Part shown: positions 1 to 15,025 of the stretch, piece after piece
Position numbering within the stretch: position 1 is the stretch's first letter
How the letters are laid out: each line of letters begins with the position of its first letter
Assembly: GCF_009914755.1 (NCBI RefSeq)
Contig: NC_060926.1
Source: the human T2T-CHM13v2.0 reference genome, Homo sapiens
DNA: 64,000 bases
Reading direction: 5' to 3' (one strand)
Made by a program: the position numbers and the translations under genes
The notes under the pieces: model-generated
The model's database searches: none
Told to the model about the DNA's origin: nothing
Seen by the model: only the letters and a program-made list of their open reading frames with translations

Positions 1-344
1 CTATTCTGGAACTACATAGTGGGGATAGTTATACAACTCTGTGAATATGCGAAGAAAAACACTGAATTTTATACTTAAAAAGGTAAACTTTATGATTTCT
101 GAATTATATCTAAATAACAACAACAATAAAAAACCCAGGTGGGGAATAAGAGTTTATTTACCCACCCTCTTCATCAAACAAGAATCCTTTAGGATTGGTC
201 TTGTCACATATGCTCATGAATAAGCCATTCCTGTTCATTCATTAAACAAATACGGTTTTACTGTATAGCATAATGTCCTTTAGGTCTACCCATATTTGGC
301 AAATGCCAGGATCTCCTTCTTTAAGGCCGAATGCTATTCCATTG

Positions 345-372
345 CGTGTGTGTTTGTGTGTGTGTGTGTGTG
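345..372. repeat. (TG)n microsatellite
   Basis: Interrupted gtgtgt run. Confidence 0.9.
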
Positions 373-451
373 TTGAAATAAGCCAGACACAGAAAGAAAA
401 ATATTCTGTGACCTCACTTATGTGTAGAATCTAAAAAAGTCGAATATGTAT

Positions 452-531
452 TTATGTTGGTGCAAAAGCAATTGCGGTGTTCGCCATTGAAAGTAATGTC
501 AAAAACCACAAATACTTTTGCACCAACCTTA
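452..531. mobile_element. MADE1 (Hsmar1-derived 80-bp MITE)
   Basis: ttatgttggtgcaaaagcaattgcgg...aaatacttttgcaccaacctta; palindromic, 80 bp, TA on the right flank. Confidence 0.9.
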
Positions 532-777
532 TAGAACAGTGGTTACCAGGGGCAGGAGGTGGAGGGGTGGGAGTGGGGTGGTGGGTTGGAGAGATGTAGG
601 TCAGATGGTACAAAGTTGCAGTTATATAGGCTCTAAGTCTAAAGATGGAATGGATAGCATAAGGGCTATGGTCAGTCATATTGTATGATGGGAATTTGCT
701 AAGAGAGTAGATTTTAGGTGGTCACGCCACACGCTTAAAACGTAACTGTGAGGTAGAAATAAGACATGTTAATTTGA

Positions 778-1152
<375 letters not shown>

Positions 1153-2886
1153 TAGAAAACAAAAAAGCAGAAAAAATATTGATTTACCTTGTACTGTGAC
1201 CTTTTTGAGGTCATAGTTCCTGTTCTAGGTACTAGATATGTATCAGTGAACCAAACAGATAAAGATCCCTGCCCTTATGGGTCCTGTGTTCTCTTCTCAC
1301 CTTTATTCTTTTCTTTATCAGTATAACCACATCACCCTTTTAGAATGTTCTTTGTGCTTTCCTTATCAAATCATCATCACAGCTCAGTTCAAGCTCGCTT
1401 CTAAGAGTGAAGGGTTTTTGGCAGCAGGAGAGCATGGATTGTGATCAGGTGGAGTAGGTCTCTGTGCGCGTGGCTCCTGGCTGGGAGGTAGGGTTGATGC
1501 AGAGTGGAAGAGATTGGAGGAGTGCGTGTTCTGAAGACCCTGTCCAGTGTATGAGTAAGGGAGGGTGGGCCCTGCAGAAGTCAGTCAGAGTCTGGCCGAG
1601 GTGCTGTATTGGAGTCAGGGTATTTTCAGACACACGGGTCTGCCTGTCTTCCCTTTTCTGAGTGTTTCCCCACCTCTTTCTGCTTCCTTTCCTTTATTTT
1701 TCTCATTCCCTCTTCTTTTAGTAATATTTTAATGAAGTTTTCAGACTATTTTTTAAATCTATTTTCCCTTCTTTTTTACTGCCTCTCAGCTTGCCATAAT
1801 TGGGTTTAAAAATTCGTGTTTGTATTGTTTCTAACCAGAGATAACTTAAAGTTTGTATTTCCACTCCTATACTAAAAATGACTCTTTTACTTGCGTGTAC
1901 ACTAGAATTTTTTCCCTAGTCTTTGAATTAATAGCCAGTTTTTTAAAAAGTTTCTTACCACTGCATAAATAATAATTTAAGCAATAACAAGGAAAACAGA
2001 ACTATCCACACTAAATCACTTAAATTAGATCCAGGATTATCAGTTATTTGAATTTTGAGTATAAAGTTGAAATTATTATTAATCATTCAAAATATTGACC
2101 TTCCTGGCAACATTCGGAGTACATTATAGAATATGAAAGGAGCACGGGGTTAAAAAATGCCCCAAGAAATCAAGATAGCAGATGACACTAGTCCTCACAA
2201 AGCTATTTTAAGTTTGAATAGTATAATTTATGTGAACTATTAAAAATTTACATAGCATTGGTACAGCCAAACTGTTCTAATACTTTATTAAACTACTGCA
2301 AGAACATTTTCCCCATTAAATTTAATGAAGGTAAATAATTAAATTATTTAATAATTTGTGTGTTGGGAGTCTCAAGTTCCCCAAGTCTCCAAAATTATTG
2401 TTTTTTATTTCCTTATTCTGCAGTACTCAAAATCAGGTATACATGTCCCATTATAGATATCTTTTTCTATTTCTCATTTGTTATCAGCTCACTGATTTTT
2501 AAAATAGTTTAGCATATCCTAGTAGTTGATAAGCTTGAAGAATTTAAAGATATGTATATAGAATAATCATTTGAGTATAGTGTCAGTAGTTTTTATTATT
2601 ATATTCAGAACCTAGATATCATAATATACACATTTTCTAGTTAAGGACTGTGTAGTTTCTTTTCAAATGTTTATCCAGACCTGCAGGAATAGATTGAAAA
2701 TATCAGTGTATGGTCACTATCAATGTCCAGGTTTTTGGGAGTTTCATAAGCAGTAAAGAACTGGCTGATGGAACTTTACCATGCAGATGGAATAATTAGA
2801 CACAAAGTTGGGGTGCTTTTAAAAACCAAATTAAAACTATTGGTTCTATTTCCACTAAAATGAGTAGAATCAAACAGTTCCTGTTG

Positions 2887-3044
2887 TTATTACTATTATT
2901 ATTATTATCATTATTATTTTTTATAGAGGCAGGGTCTTTCTACATTGCCCAGGCTGGTCTCAAACTCCTCCTGGGCTTAAGCAATCCTCCCTCCTTGGCC
3001 TCCCAAAGTGCTAGGATTACAGGCATGAGCCATGATGCCTGTCC
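2887..3044 (-). mobile_element. FLAM/Alu left monomer with (TTA)n tail
   Basis: Alu left-arm sequence; TSD agttcctgtt. Confidence 0.85.
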
Positions 3045-4084
3045 AGTTCCTGTTATTAGATTAGTAATACCAGAGAACTGGATCTTTTTTTCCCTACAAG
3101 TTGTAATCACTAGACTCACAAAGTTATTATCCCCAGACATTTCTGGTTAGGAAGTATTTTAAAAGATGGACATGGCTTCAATGTGTCAGTATATGAAGAG
3201 GAAGCCTGGTAGGTTCCAATGGGATTCTGAGCTTGGAAACCTTGTGGAGCAGAGTTATTATTTGAGCATGATATGGCTTGTGGAGTGTTCAGCTATGTGC
3301 AAGTAGCAGGCTGAGAAAGGTAGGGAGCATACTAGGATTTTTAATTTCCTGTGACTAGCCAATAACTTCCACTTATCAGATGCTCCATTTCTGTTGAATT
3401 TAATTAACTGACAGTTTTGGATCCGAAAATGCTGATGTCTGTATGGGTGCACAGAGACTTGTGTCATGGGCTGAATCGAGCCCTTTTTGGTTGTCCCTGC
3501 TGCCATTTGCCACGTCACAGGTCTGTGACCCACTCCTAGGTGGTCAGGGCCAGCCCTCTTTAATTGTCTGAGGTCTTCCTAACTGGAGAAAGAAACATGG
3601 ACTTGAGAACCTGAAGATGTGGGAATCAGTTTGTCTTTTTGTTATTTTTAGAAGAGCCTTTTGCACTTTGTTTCTGTCCCCATATGGGTACATGGAGACA
3701 GCAGTCACTGTGAGGTAATGGTTGTTGAAGATGGCCAGATCCCTGGGTGGAAGGCACCCCTGGAGCTGACTGTCCAAAGTCATGATTGCCAGTGCCCTTA
3801 AGAAGTGGGCTCCCTGTACTGGCCCACTTCTGTTATGCTTGGCACCCAAGATGGATTGCTCTTTCTCTCTCAGGATTTATTTTATATGAGATAACTCAAG
3901 ATCTTACTTTGCAGTGGTCTGAAGTGTTACCAAATAATATTTTTCCATAGTACTCTTTAAAAACTTGGTATTAATTTAGTAATAAAAAAATCAGAAAATC
4001 CTCTAATACTGCTAGTACTAATATTAAATTGGAAGCTACCAAATTGTTTATAATGTTTAATATAACTACACAATTTAGCTATTA

Positions 4085-4332
<248 letters not shown>

Positions 4333-4345
4333 GCAGCCCTTCACT

Positions 4346-4348
<3 letters not shown>

Positions 4349-4393
<45 letters not shown>
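4349..4393. repeat. (CA)n microsatellite, about 22 units
   Basis: Uninterrupted CA run. Confidence 0.95.
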
Positions 4394-4397
<4 letters not shown>

Positions 4398-4586
4398 GTC
4401 CTTGAACTGCACGGGTCCACTTATATGTAGACTTTTTTCAACCAAACACAGTATTTGTGGGATGCAAAACCTGTGCATATAGAGGGCTGACTTTCCATAT
4501 ATGTGGTTTCCACAGGGCCGACTGTGAGACTTGAGTATGTGCAGATTTGGGAAATATGTAGGAGTTCTAGAACCAATCCCTGACTT
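4392..4586 (+). mobile_element. MER8-like (TcMar-Tigger) MITE
   Basis: cagttgtccttgaactgcacgggtccactta...gaaccaatccc resembles recalled MER8 consensus. Confidence 0.7.
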
Positions 4587-5013
4587 TATAAATATATATT
4601 TATCTCTGTTTTCTCCCGATAACCCACCTAAATAACAGTTAGGGGATAAAAAAGGATATGAACCCACCAATACAAAGACAGGAGAAGAGAAAACAAGCAG
4701 GTGAGATGTAGCCATAAAATTTCAGGAGATGGAAAGTGGATGAGGAGTGACTCTTAGCTTTGAGCTTTTCATGCTCTGCTAAGTTCGTATGGGGGGAAAC
4801 CAAGAAGAAACAAGTCAACTTATGTCACTTATCCCAGAAAGGCAGAAATAAAAGCATCTGAAAAAAGAAAAATTGGTTGAAAGTAGATGTAGAGCGGTTA
4901 AGTCCCCAATTCACTGCCTGCCCTGTGGAGCCAGATAAGCAGATAGGAAGTCGGGGACTTCCCTAGTCTGGTAGGAGCTCATGTATGGAAAAAAATGGAT
5001 AGGAGAGAATTCT

Positions 5014-5137
5014 CAGCTATATTTTATAAATAATAAAAATTATTATTTTTATTATTATAAAATTCTTTTATAAATATTATTTATAAATATTATTTTTATA
5101 ATAATAAAAATTTATTATTATTTATTTTAAAAAGCTG
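5014..5137. repeat. AT-rich imperfect palindrome
   Basis: Near-pure A/T; 18-bp perfect inverted arms at 5045-5062 and 5094-5111. Confidence 0.8.
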
Positions 5138-5182
5138 CCCAGAACTGAAGTGCATAGTTTTCTTGATTAAAAGGTGTCACAG

Positions 5183-5310
5183 CAGGAGGCTGAGGCAGGA
5201 GAATCTCTTGAACCCAGGAGGCGGAGGTTGTAGTGAGCTGAGATCACGCCATTGCACTCCAGCCTGGGCAGCAGGGTAAGACCCCGTCTCCAAGAAAAAA
5301 ATAAAAATAA
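5183..5310 (+). mobile_element. 5'-truncated Alu (right arm)
   Basis: caggaggctgaggcagg...ccccgtctc plus A tail; TSD gtgtcacag. Confidence 0.88.
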
Positions 5311-6176
5311 AAGTGTCACAGAGTACCCAGTACAACAAAGGAGCAAAAATTCTAAAAATAAATAAATAAATAAAAATGGAGCAAGAATGAAAATACAATA
5401 ATTATAGTGGCAGAGCTGTGAACAATATTTGTGTACACATAAACAATGAATATAGATTTAACTAAAACTGGTGATATGAATTAGAATGTACTGGGGGTGA
5501 GAGAGGTTTTCGAGATCCTATATTAGGTAGATAATTTCTAAAATGGAATTAGTCAGAACATAAAAAGTATAAACATTCAAAAATATATAGCCAAACACCA
5601 GAAGAAACAGCTTAAAACATTAAAAATGGTTGCCTTGGAGGTGGAGGGGAAAGAGGGACAAAGGAAACTGCTGTGTTTTTTTAAAAATAAAACTTGTAGT
5701 TATTATTTGACTTTGAAAACTACATTCATATATTGCTTCTAAAATGTTTTTAAAGTTAATTTTTAAAGGTAAGAAAACAAATAAGATATTGTATAATTTT
5801 CCATTAAAAATGATTATAAACAAACTTTTGGAGTCTCTCTTCAGTCAAGTGGAAGTCCTTATTCTATAACAACATCTGAAAAGTACCTGTACTCCTACAA
5901 TACATACTTAAGAAATGTATGTTTTATTAATTACCTTGGTGTCATTGTTTTTTAAAGCCTTTTCTCCTTCATTCAATTTAACACACACATGCTTATTATA
6001 AAAAAGTTGAAAAATTGCCTAGTCTTATTTGCAACTTTATATAGGAGGAGTTTCTAGGGTTATTAATACAGTGCACATATATGCCCATCCTTGCATTTCT
6101 TTTTGCTTTATGGAAGCACCCAAAGAATTAATCATAATGCATAAAATACAACCAATCAATGAAACCTGCTTTCCAG

Positions 6177-6259
6177 GGTGGAGAGCACTGTTACTACCAT
6201 GGAAGCATCAGAGGCGTCAAAGACTCCAAGGTGGCTCTGTCAACCTGCAATGGACTTCA
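6177..6259 (+). CDS. ADAM23: ADAM23 exon ~5, prodomain ([27 protein letters not shown])
   Basis: ttccag|GGTGGAGAG ... GGACTTCA|gtaagt; 83 nt; HCYYHG and LSTCNGL are ADAM prodomain motifs. Confidence 0.96.
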
Positions 6260-7377
6260 GTAAGTGGGAATCTCATTGGCATTTTATTCATTGACCCTTT
6301 CCAGTTTCCCTTTTATGGATATATATATTTTAGTGACTCTTCCGTGCCAGTGCTGTGTTAGGGACTGCATGTGGAGTGGTGCACAAGGAGGGCAATGTCC
6401 CTGTCCTCTTGAACACTTAGTGTTTGCAGGAGATTCAGAGATTAACCAAATGATTACATAGATGAATGTTTAATCACCATTGTGTTAAGAGCTGTAAAGG
6501 GGAAGGACAGATGCTTGTGGAGTGGCAAAACCTAGTCCAGGAAGGTTTCCCAGCGGCATATTCCAGAGGACATATCAGTTAGACCTACAGCTAGACTTGA
6601 GAGTCAGTAGGCCTTAGATCTAAGAAACTTAGACCTAACAGTAAGTTGGAGTTAGCCAGGCAAGGGTGGGGTGACAAAGAGAGGGGTTCGCACATTGACC
6701 TAGGGGTGGGCTCTAACAAAACCATGTGTTGGCACCTTTTAGACCTGGACACAGTAGCACCTCATATAAAGACTTAGTTTCGGCCATGTGACGACAAAGA
6801 ATCTTGAAACTTTTCGCCCTTTTATAAAAAACCTTATGTCCCTGAAAATTAAATGTAATTTGTATGACATAGAGTCATACTGCTTGATGGCAGTTCAGAA
6901 TTTATAAGCGTAAAGATACCACTGTTTGCTTCTTCAGAACCAGATGGTTTTAGATTATTCTCATATATAAAGAATCTGTTTTCTTACAGATGATATTGAA
7001 TTTGCATAATTAGAAATTTGTATAGTTGTACATGGTTCTGGAATAATTACTTTAGAGACTGCCACTGAGTGAATAGTCCTATCTCAGAGTAATTTTCTAA
7101 TCTGTCTGTTGAATTTCAAACATCAGTTATATCAGGTATAATTTGCATGCATTTGATGTATACTTTTATAATTTTTATAGCCTCCATGCTGCCTAATAGA
7201 GTGCTCGGGCCACACTGGGACTCCATGCAGATATGTGAATTAAACTTGTGACAGTGTAAAGGGATTTGTTCAGTTATACTCTTTATTTTGAAGACACAAT
7301 AATGAAGCTCACTTGCTATTTCTTGCCATTTCCTGTGTTTGTTTATTCCCTCCTTTGTGTGGTTTCTTTTGTGCTAG

Positions 7378-7441
7378 TGGCATGTTTGAAGATGATACCT
7401 TCGTGTATATGATAGAGCCACTAGAGCTGGTTCATGATGAG
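7378..7441 (+). CDS. ADAM23: ADAM23 exon ~6, prodomain (HGMFEDDTFVYMIEPLELVHDE)
   Basis: Pyrimidine tract, gctag|TGGCATG ... GATGAG|gtgagt; 64 nt; YxIEP motif. Confidence 0.96.
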
Positions 7442-7752
7442 GTGAGTCTATGCCATCAGTTGCCTGATGGCGTTCTACTCCTCCAGCAACTTTGTCTTTG
7501 AGAAGAAAAGAGAAAAGAGTGTAGATTTCAAAGTGCCTTTGTACATGTTAACTTATTTCAAACTTAGAGTAGTACCCTGAGTTTTGAAGTTTTAAGTTGC
7601 ACATGCCAGGCCCATGTACCCGTAAAGGATAGTAAAAGACATCAAACATAGGTTTTCTGAAGCAAATCCTAGTCCTTCCCAGTCTATGAAAAGAGCAGAG
7701 AGGATATTTTGTTTTGTATTAGCCAGCCTCCTTACTTTAAACTAGCTTTCAT

Positions 7753-7875
7753 AGAAGTCATTATATGAAAAAGATACTTGCACACACACATTTATAGCAG
7801 CACAATTTGCAATTGCAGAAATATGGAACCAGCCTAAATGTCCATCAATCAGCAAGTAGATAAGTAAAATGTGAT

Positions 7876-7907
<32 letters not shown>

Positions 7908-8261
7908 CATGGAATACTACTCAGCCATAAAAAGGAATGAAATAATGGCATTCACAGCAACCTGGATGGAATTGGAGACTATTACTATAAGTGAAGTAAC
8001 TCAGGAGTGGAAAACCAAACATTGTGTGTTCTCATTCATATGTGGAAGCTAAGCCATGAGGACACAAAGGCATAAGAATGATACATTGGACTTTGGAGGC
8101 TCGGGAAAGTGGAAGGTGGTGAGTGATAAAACACATTGGGTACAGTGTACACTACTTGGGTGATGGGTGCACCTAAATCTCAGAAATCACCACTAAAGAA
8201 CTTATTCATGTAACCCAACACCACCTGTTCCCCAAAAACCTATTGAAATTAGAAAAAAAAA
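7753..8261 (+). mobile_element. 5'-truncated L1PB-like 3' end
   Basis: L1 ORF2 end/3'UTR ending cacctgttccccaaaaacctattgaaat plus A tail; TSD agctttcat. Confidence 0.85.
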
Positions 8262-8740
8262 CAGCTTTCATTCTTACTGTCATCTTTAGACAATTGTGTG
8301 ACTATAAGAATGTACTTAACTTTTATGAACCTGAAAATCTTTAGTGGGGAAATCTGTGGGCTGAACTATGATTATATTATAAAATACTTAGTTTTCTTTA
8401 CAGATAGGGAAGAAAATAATGTTTAGAGTCATGCACAAACCAGTGATTTAGACAAGAAATCACATGCTCTAATAGTGTTGCTTGCTAATAGAATGCAATC
8501 AAATTTAAAATTTGACATATATTCAGTAAATATTGTATTGAGGGCTTACTACAAGCTGGGTATTATTTTAGGTTCTGGGGATACTTTGGTGACAAAATAG
8601 ACAGAGATTGAGCCAAATGGGGCTTACAGTCTACAGAGGCAGATAGAGATACACAGAATGAATAAGTAATTACATGTGGTATGTTAGATAGTGATACATG
8701 GTAAGGAGAAAAAGTGAAGCCAGGAGAGTGGAGAGTTAAA

Positions 8741-8955
<215 letters not shown>

Positions 8956-9331
8956 AGTTAAATTTTTTATACATACACAGTTCCGGGAAGTCCACCAAGA
9001 GAAGACAAGTGGTGAATGAAGCACTTAAGGAAATTAGAGAGCTGGAAGAACATTCTAGAAGATGAGCAAATACAAAGGCCTTGAGGCAGGAGTGTGCCTA
9101 GGGTGTTCGAGGAGCTTTGAGGAACCTGACAGGGTTGGAGAGGAGTGAACAAGGGGAAGAATGGGAGGAGATTAAGGCACTGAGAGGTAACAGTACAGAA
9201 GTCAGATCAGTGAAAAGAACTGTAGCGGGAAAATAATATTTTGTGAGTGATAGAGTTAGATTATTGCAGTTATTTGATGGGGAACAGAAAACATTTTTTA
9301 TCTTTAGGGATTTCAAATTTAGATAAAATTG

Positions 9332-9638
<307 letters not shown>

Positions 9639-11554
9639 TTTGAAACAGCTAACAGTTAGATAGGCTACTGATAATAAAAGCTGAACAGACAAACTTTTAT
9701 TGTCTTGGTTATGGCGATGTATGTATGAATATGGGGTAAATTTCAAAGTTGATGCAGAAAAGTTTTAAAGGGTTGGTGTTTGAATAAACCTCTGTCATTT
9801 TCAACTAGTAACTATAAAAATTATCAGGTAATGAAGACAGCCCACTTAGATAAAGACATTTTGATTAAGTAAAATGTTATTTATCTCACTCCAGTAAGGA
9901 AAGATAATCTGTGTACAGCAAAATTATTCGACTCATTCAGCAAAAACTCTGACTTTGATTTCTGGCTTTGATTAATGGCCCTGGTACCCTAACAAAATCC
10001 ACAAAGAACAAAACACAGATTCCCAAATAATAACTATTTAAGCCTTAGAGTTTTTTAAATGTATAAAATGAGATAATTTTTAATGCATTCATAGTAGGGC
10101 AATTTTGTAGATTTGATGAATTAATAAATGTAGGTGACAATGTCTATTAAACTGTCATAAGGATTTATAAATATAAACTATTGTTATAATGTTTAAAGCA
10201 TTGGTTTTGCATTGTTTACTTGTGATCATATTATTCAGGGCCTGATTGTTACATGCAAATTGCCTTCTCTTTGCCTTCCTTCCTGTTGCCTACCTTTTGG
10301 TTATGTAATGATTTGTCCTCATCCACACTATGGGTAGAGGAAAGGAATAGTGCTTTAAACTTTAGTCGATTTTTTAAATTGTGTTGCTGATCCCATTGTT
10401 AATTTCATTACTATCTTTTCACCTTTTACCAGAATTTAGAGCTTACTGTAATTAATTTTAGATATTTTGATGTTTGTTGTTAGATATTATTGATTTTAGT
10501 ATGCTTTGCGATAAGTCAAGTAATACGCATGGGATATTTCTAATGAGAATTCATGTTATCTCTCAAGTAATAAATGAATAGCAAAACTGTTATAAGTTTT
10601 ATGTAACCTATTAAGAAGTTTCTTTTTTATAACTTTTTCTGATTATAAAACTAATATAGGAAATTTGGAAAAGCAAAACAAATACTTAAATAGTAATTTT
10701 CCATTATCCTGTCCCCCAAAGATAACTTCTTGTCATGTTTCAGAATATGTTCTTCCAGTTTTCAATGATATAGTCCCATATATTTTTAAAAATAGATTGG
10801 ATCATTATTTTATAAGATAATTTTAAGACAATGATGTATCTCCCTGAGCCTCAATATCTTTATTTGTAAAATAGGGATAAACCATGCACTATATGGCGTC
10901 TTTGTCAGGACTAAATTAAATAATGTGTACATTAACAGTACCTGATACATACTATGCACTCAGTAATGGAAGCTAATAGGAATAAGAATAATGGTAATAG
11001 ACATTCCTAAAAGCATAATTTCTAGGGCAAAAAATGTAAATGTTTTCACGTTTGTTGATATACCTTACTAAATTTCTCTCTCAAACTATGCTACCAATTT
11101 CCTCTTGCCAGCAAGGTGTGAGAGTGCTTTTGGCCTTACAATGGTAATTAACTATGGATATCGTAATTTTTAAAACTTCATCAGTTTTATGGCAAAAGTT
11201 GGTGCTTCATTAAAAAAAATGCATGTTGAAGGAATATGAAAGCATTCGGCATGTTTTTACATGTTTATTGACTTTTTGTGTTTCTTGTGAATTTCCCATT
11301 TATAGCTTTAAAGAAAGCTAAGATTTAAGAGTAACCAGTAACACTATGTTTTTATCTAAACTGGGGCAATTAGATGATACTCTTTTATTTAAAATTAAGA
11401 TTTCAATAAGACATACTTTTCACTTTTGATAGCTAAAAAACTGACATATAAATATTCCCATTTTAGGAAGGACATTAGAGAAAGTTCCAACACTGTTTCA
11501 TAGAGGCTTGTTCACATCTTGCTTTCTAAATTGCCTACAATTGTTTTGTTTCAG

Positions 11555-11627
11555 AAAAGCACAGGTCGACCACATATAATCCAGAAAACCTTGGCAGGAC
11601 AGTATTCTAAGCAAATGAAGAATCTCA
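11555..11627 (+). CDS. ADAM23: ADAM23 exon ~7 (KSTGRPHIIQKTLAGQYSKQMKNL)
   Basis: tttcag|AAAAGC ... AATCTCA|gtaagt; 73 nt; phase-compatible. Confidence 0.95.
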
Positions 11628-12406
11628 GTAAGTTTTAACTAAAAATAGCGATTATATTTTATGTAGTATGAGCTTTTATCTGGTGGAGCTCAGTAGATAT
11701 GCAGGCTTGTTGGAAGTGGAATTGGTCTGATATCAGGGGTGAACATCGTGGATCAGCACTGGAATGAGTGGTGGCTCTTGTGTAAAGAGGCATGGAGAGT
11801 CATTTCCAGTGCAGACTAAAACATGAAGACTTTGAGTAAAGCTGCCTTGGGAACCAGAAAGTGTGGTCAAATTTAGTACAGTGATTTACAGTGAGGTTCA
11901 TCCTGAAATCTTCCTGGCAGTTTGCTGCTCTTGAGCCAGCTTGGATTGCCTCCCTCTCATGCTCTGCTCCAGACACATCTTAAGTGTGCTAATGTTGGAA
12001 GAAGCTTCTTTTTGATTGTTGGGGCATGTGATTTTATTTCTGTATATTACTGCTAAAAGTCTTTAATAATTTATGCAAAAGCTAATGCCATACATTATTT
12101 TGAATGCTAAAATGAATTAGACATAGTAGAACTCTGTCAAATTTTCAGATATTGTCAAGTGGTTTTATATCAAATATGCATCTTCTAATGAATCTTGAAC
12201 ATTATGTTTTCTTGATGTTTGGGACAAAATTACATTTGAACTATCTTTGTGGTCATGAGAGTGTGAAATATATAATGATCAGTGTGCTTTTTTTCACCTT
12301 AGTTTGACATATATTATCAGTGCCACTGTTTCTTCATGTAATATTTTAAAACATACTCCCATTGAAATAAGCATAAAATTTTGATACTAATTTTTCCTTT
12401 CTGCAG

Positions 12407-12480
12407 CTATGGAAAGAGGTGACCAGTGGCCCTTTCTCTCTGAATTACAGTGGTTGAAAAGAAGGAAGAGAGCAGTGAAT
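12407..12480 (+). CDS. ADAM23: ADAM23 exon ~8 with furin site (TMERGDQWPFLSELQWLKRRKRAVN)
   Basis: ctgcag|CTATGG ... GTGAAT|gtgagt; 74 nt; RRKR proprotein convertase motif. Confidence 0.96.
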
Positions 12481-14220
12481 GTGAGTGTGGCATTGAGCCT
12501 TGGGTGGGCCTATTTTACTCAATGAAGTCATGTGCCTATCACCCCACATTATCTAAGTGTACCTAAAACAGGTCAGATTTTGGGGACTGTTGTTTAAAAA
12601 TGAAAACAATAAACAAAAAACCCTATGATTTGAGCCTTAACACACTGCTTTTTATTGATCTCTTTCTGTTAGTGATTCAAACTGATTACGGTAGTCTCTG
12701 AACCCTGACGTCATCTAAAGAACGTGTTGTTTTAGCTCTGTTTTCTACGTGTTTTCTGATGATAATTGCAGTGCGTTTTATTTTCTATTTAAAGTACAGC
12801 AGACTTTTCTTTCTATATGGCTTATATAGTGTCATATAAAACATTTCTGTTAATAAAAAATCTAGAGAGAGGAGTTAGGTTTTGAAATGTTGGCTAATCA
12901 TACATATTTATATTACTTTCAGATTAAAAACTCTGTTACACCAAACTTTAAAGCTGTATGTGTTTTTCAGAACACAATGAATTTATTTGACTATTAGCAA
13001 TATAACAGTTTCTAAATAAAAATCATATAATTGTATAATCAACTACTGTTATATACTTCACATGTATTGATAAACGTATAGGGGCTTTGTAATTGAAATT
13101 ATGTTTCTGGTCTTTTCATAATAGGCTAGAAAGCTGTAATGATGGGGACTGTTTAGTAATTACATGGTGAATGCTATGTAACTGAGAATTAATTCCACAG
13201 CTTATACATTACATGGTAATTTACTAGATAACTTAATGAGTAACTATAGTAGAAATTGCACATTTTAGATAATGTTTTGCTGAGTGTATTTTTTTTGTGA
13301 AAAAAATAGACCACCAGCCATCAAAAACTTAGTTCCAGTTTAAATTTTCCTCCCTTTTATGAAACTCTTATGATAATTATGGATACATTTATTATATATT
13401 ATATAAATTATTATTAGATCTCTTTTAGCTCATTCATAAAGATGTGGTTGGTAATAATATGTTTTACAATGGCTGCTGTTCTTTCCCTACAGTCCACCTC
13501 ATCAAATATAAAGTGATCAATGACTATGTACATAAAGAAAAAAGAGCCACTATTATAATTTTCCAACTATGAAAAAGAAATAAAAGTCCAAATGAAGGCT
13601 AAAATACTTACTCTTAAAGAATTATCTAGTTAATTTAGAAGACTTTAGACTGTAATAATTGCCAATATTTTTTCCTTTGAGAAATTGAGCAGTTAAGAAT
13701 TAGCATATTATTTTTAGAATTTCACTCGAGTGAGTTAATGTTTCTATTTAACTACATTGATATCTGTATCAGATATATCTGGAAGTAATTATAACTTATG
13801 CTATTCTTATTAAATGAGTTTTACATAGATTTTCATTGACGTTTTAAGTAAATATGAATATTTTATCACATTTTAATGTGAAATTGAGATTTATTTATTT
13901 TAACATAATTATGCTATAATTTTTCTCTAGAATATTTTTACATATAAAAACCATATACAACAACATGGACTGTTTTCTATGTTGATAAGTAAGTACCTTA
14001 ATAATAATAAAATACAGTTATTTTCTAAATACTTGAATATGTACCCATATTTTATGATCACTTTTTAAAATTTGCCTGACCAACTTTCTTCTAAGGTGTT
14101 TATAAAGTAGGCAGCAGAGAGTTGTTCTGAAATTCAAAGTCTTATCTACAACTTAACAGTGAGCACTAGAGAGATTTTATGTCAATCACTATTCTGACCA
14201 TATATTTTTATTTTCCGTAG

Positions 14221-14286
14221 CCATCACGTGGTATATTTGAAGAAATGAAATATTTGGAACTTATGATTGTTAATGATCACAAAACG
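14221..14286 (+). CDS. ADAM23: ADAM23 exon ~9, start of metalloprotease-like domain (PSRGIFEEMKYLELMIVNDHKT)
   Basis: ccgtag|CCATCA ... AAAACG|gtaaga; 66 nt; KYLELxIVxD reprolysin motif. Confidence 0.96.
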
Positions 14287-14703
14287 GTAAGAATATAGAG
14301 TCAGTGGGTTTTAGAACAGATAGCTTACTTAAGAAAGAATACATTTTACTTTATAGTTAATCATTATTTTTTACTTATTAACCCCAAGATATTCAGACAT
14401 ATTAAGTGACTTGATTTATTTGTCGGTGTTTGGAGACTCTGAGTTTTATAGAATTTTCACAACTCTAAACTTTCCTTACATTTAATAATTATAATTAATA
14501 GATTTAGCTATCTGGCATCTTTTGTCTTCATTTAAAATTCTTATTCTCTACTTTTCTTCATCTATGTATTTGGTCACTGCTTTCTAATTTTATTCCGTGC
14601 TTTTGTCCTGCTAATATGTTATTTTTTCTTACTAGTTAATTATGCTTATGGTAGATACAATTGTAGGAGGCAAACATATAAAATAAAGGTTTATCTAAAG
14701 TGA

Positions 14704-15025
<322 letters not shown>

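Noticed and set aside
2424-2436. Possible 13-nt microexon ttctgcag|TACTCAAAATCAG|gtatac
   Set aside because: Not frame-preserving, weak donor, no other support; the resemblance to the preceding exon's QYSK end is probably chance.
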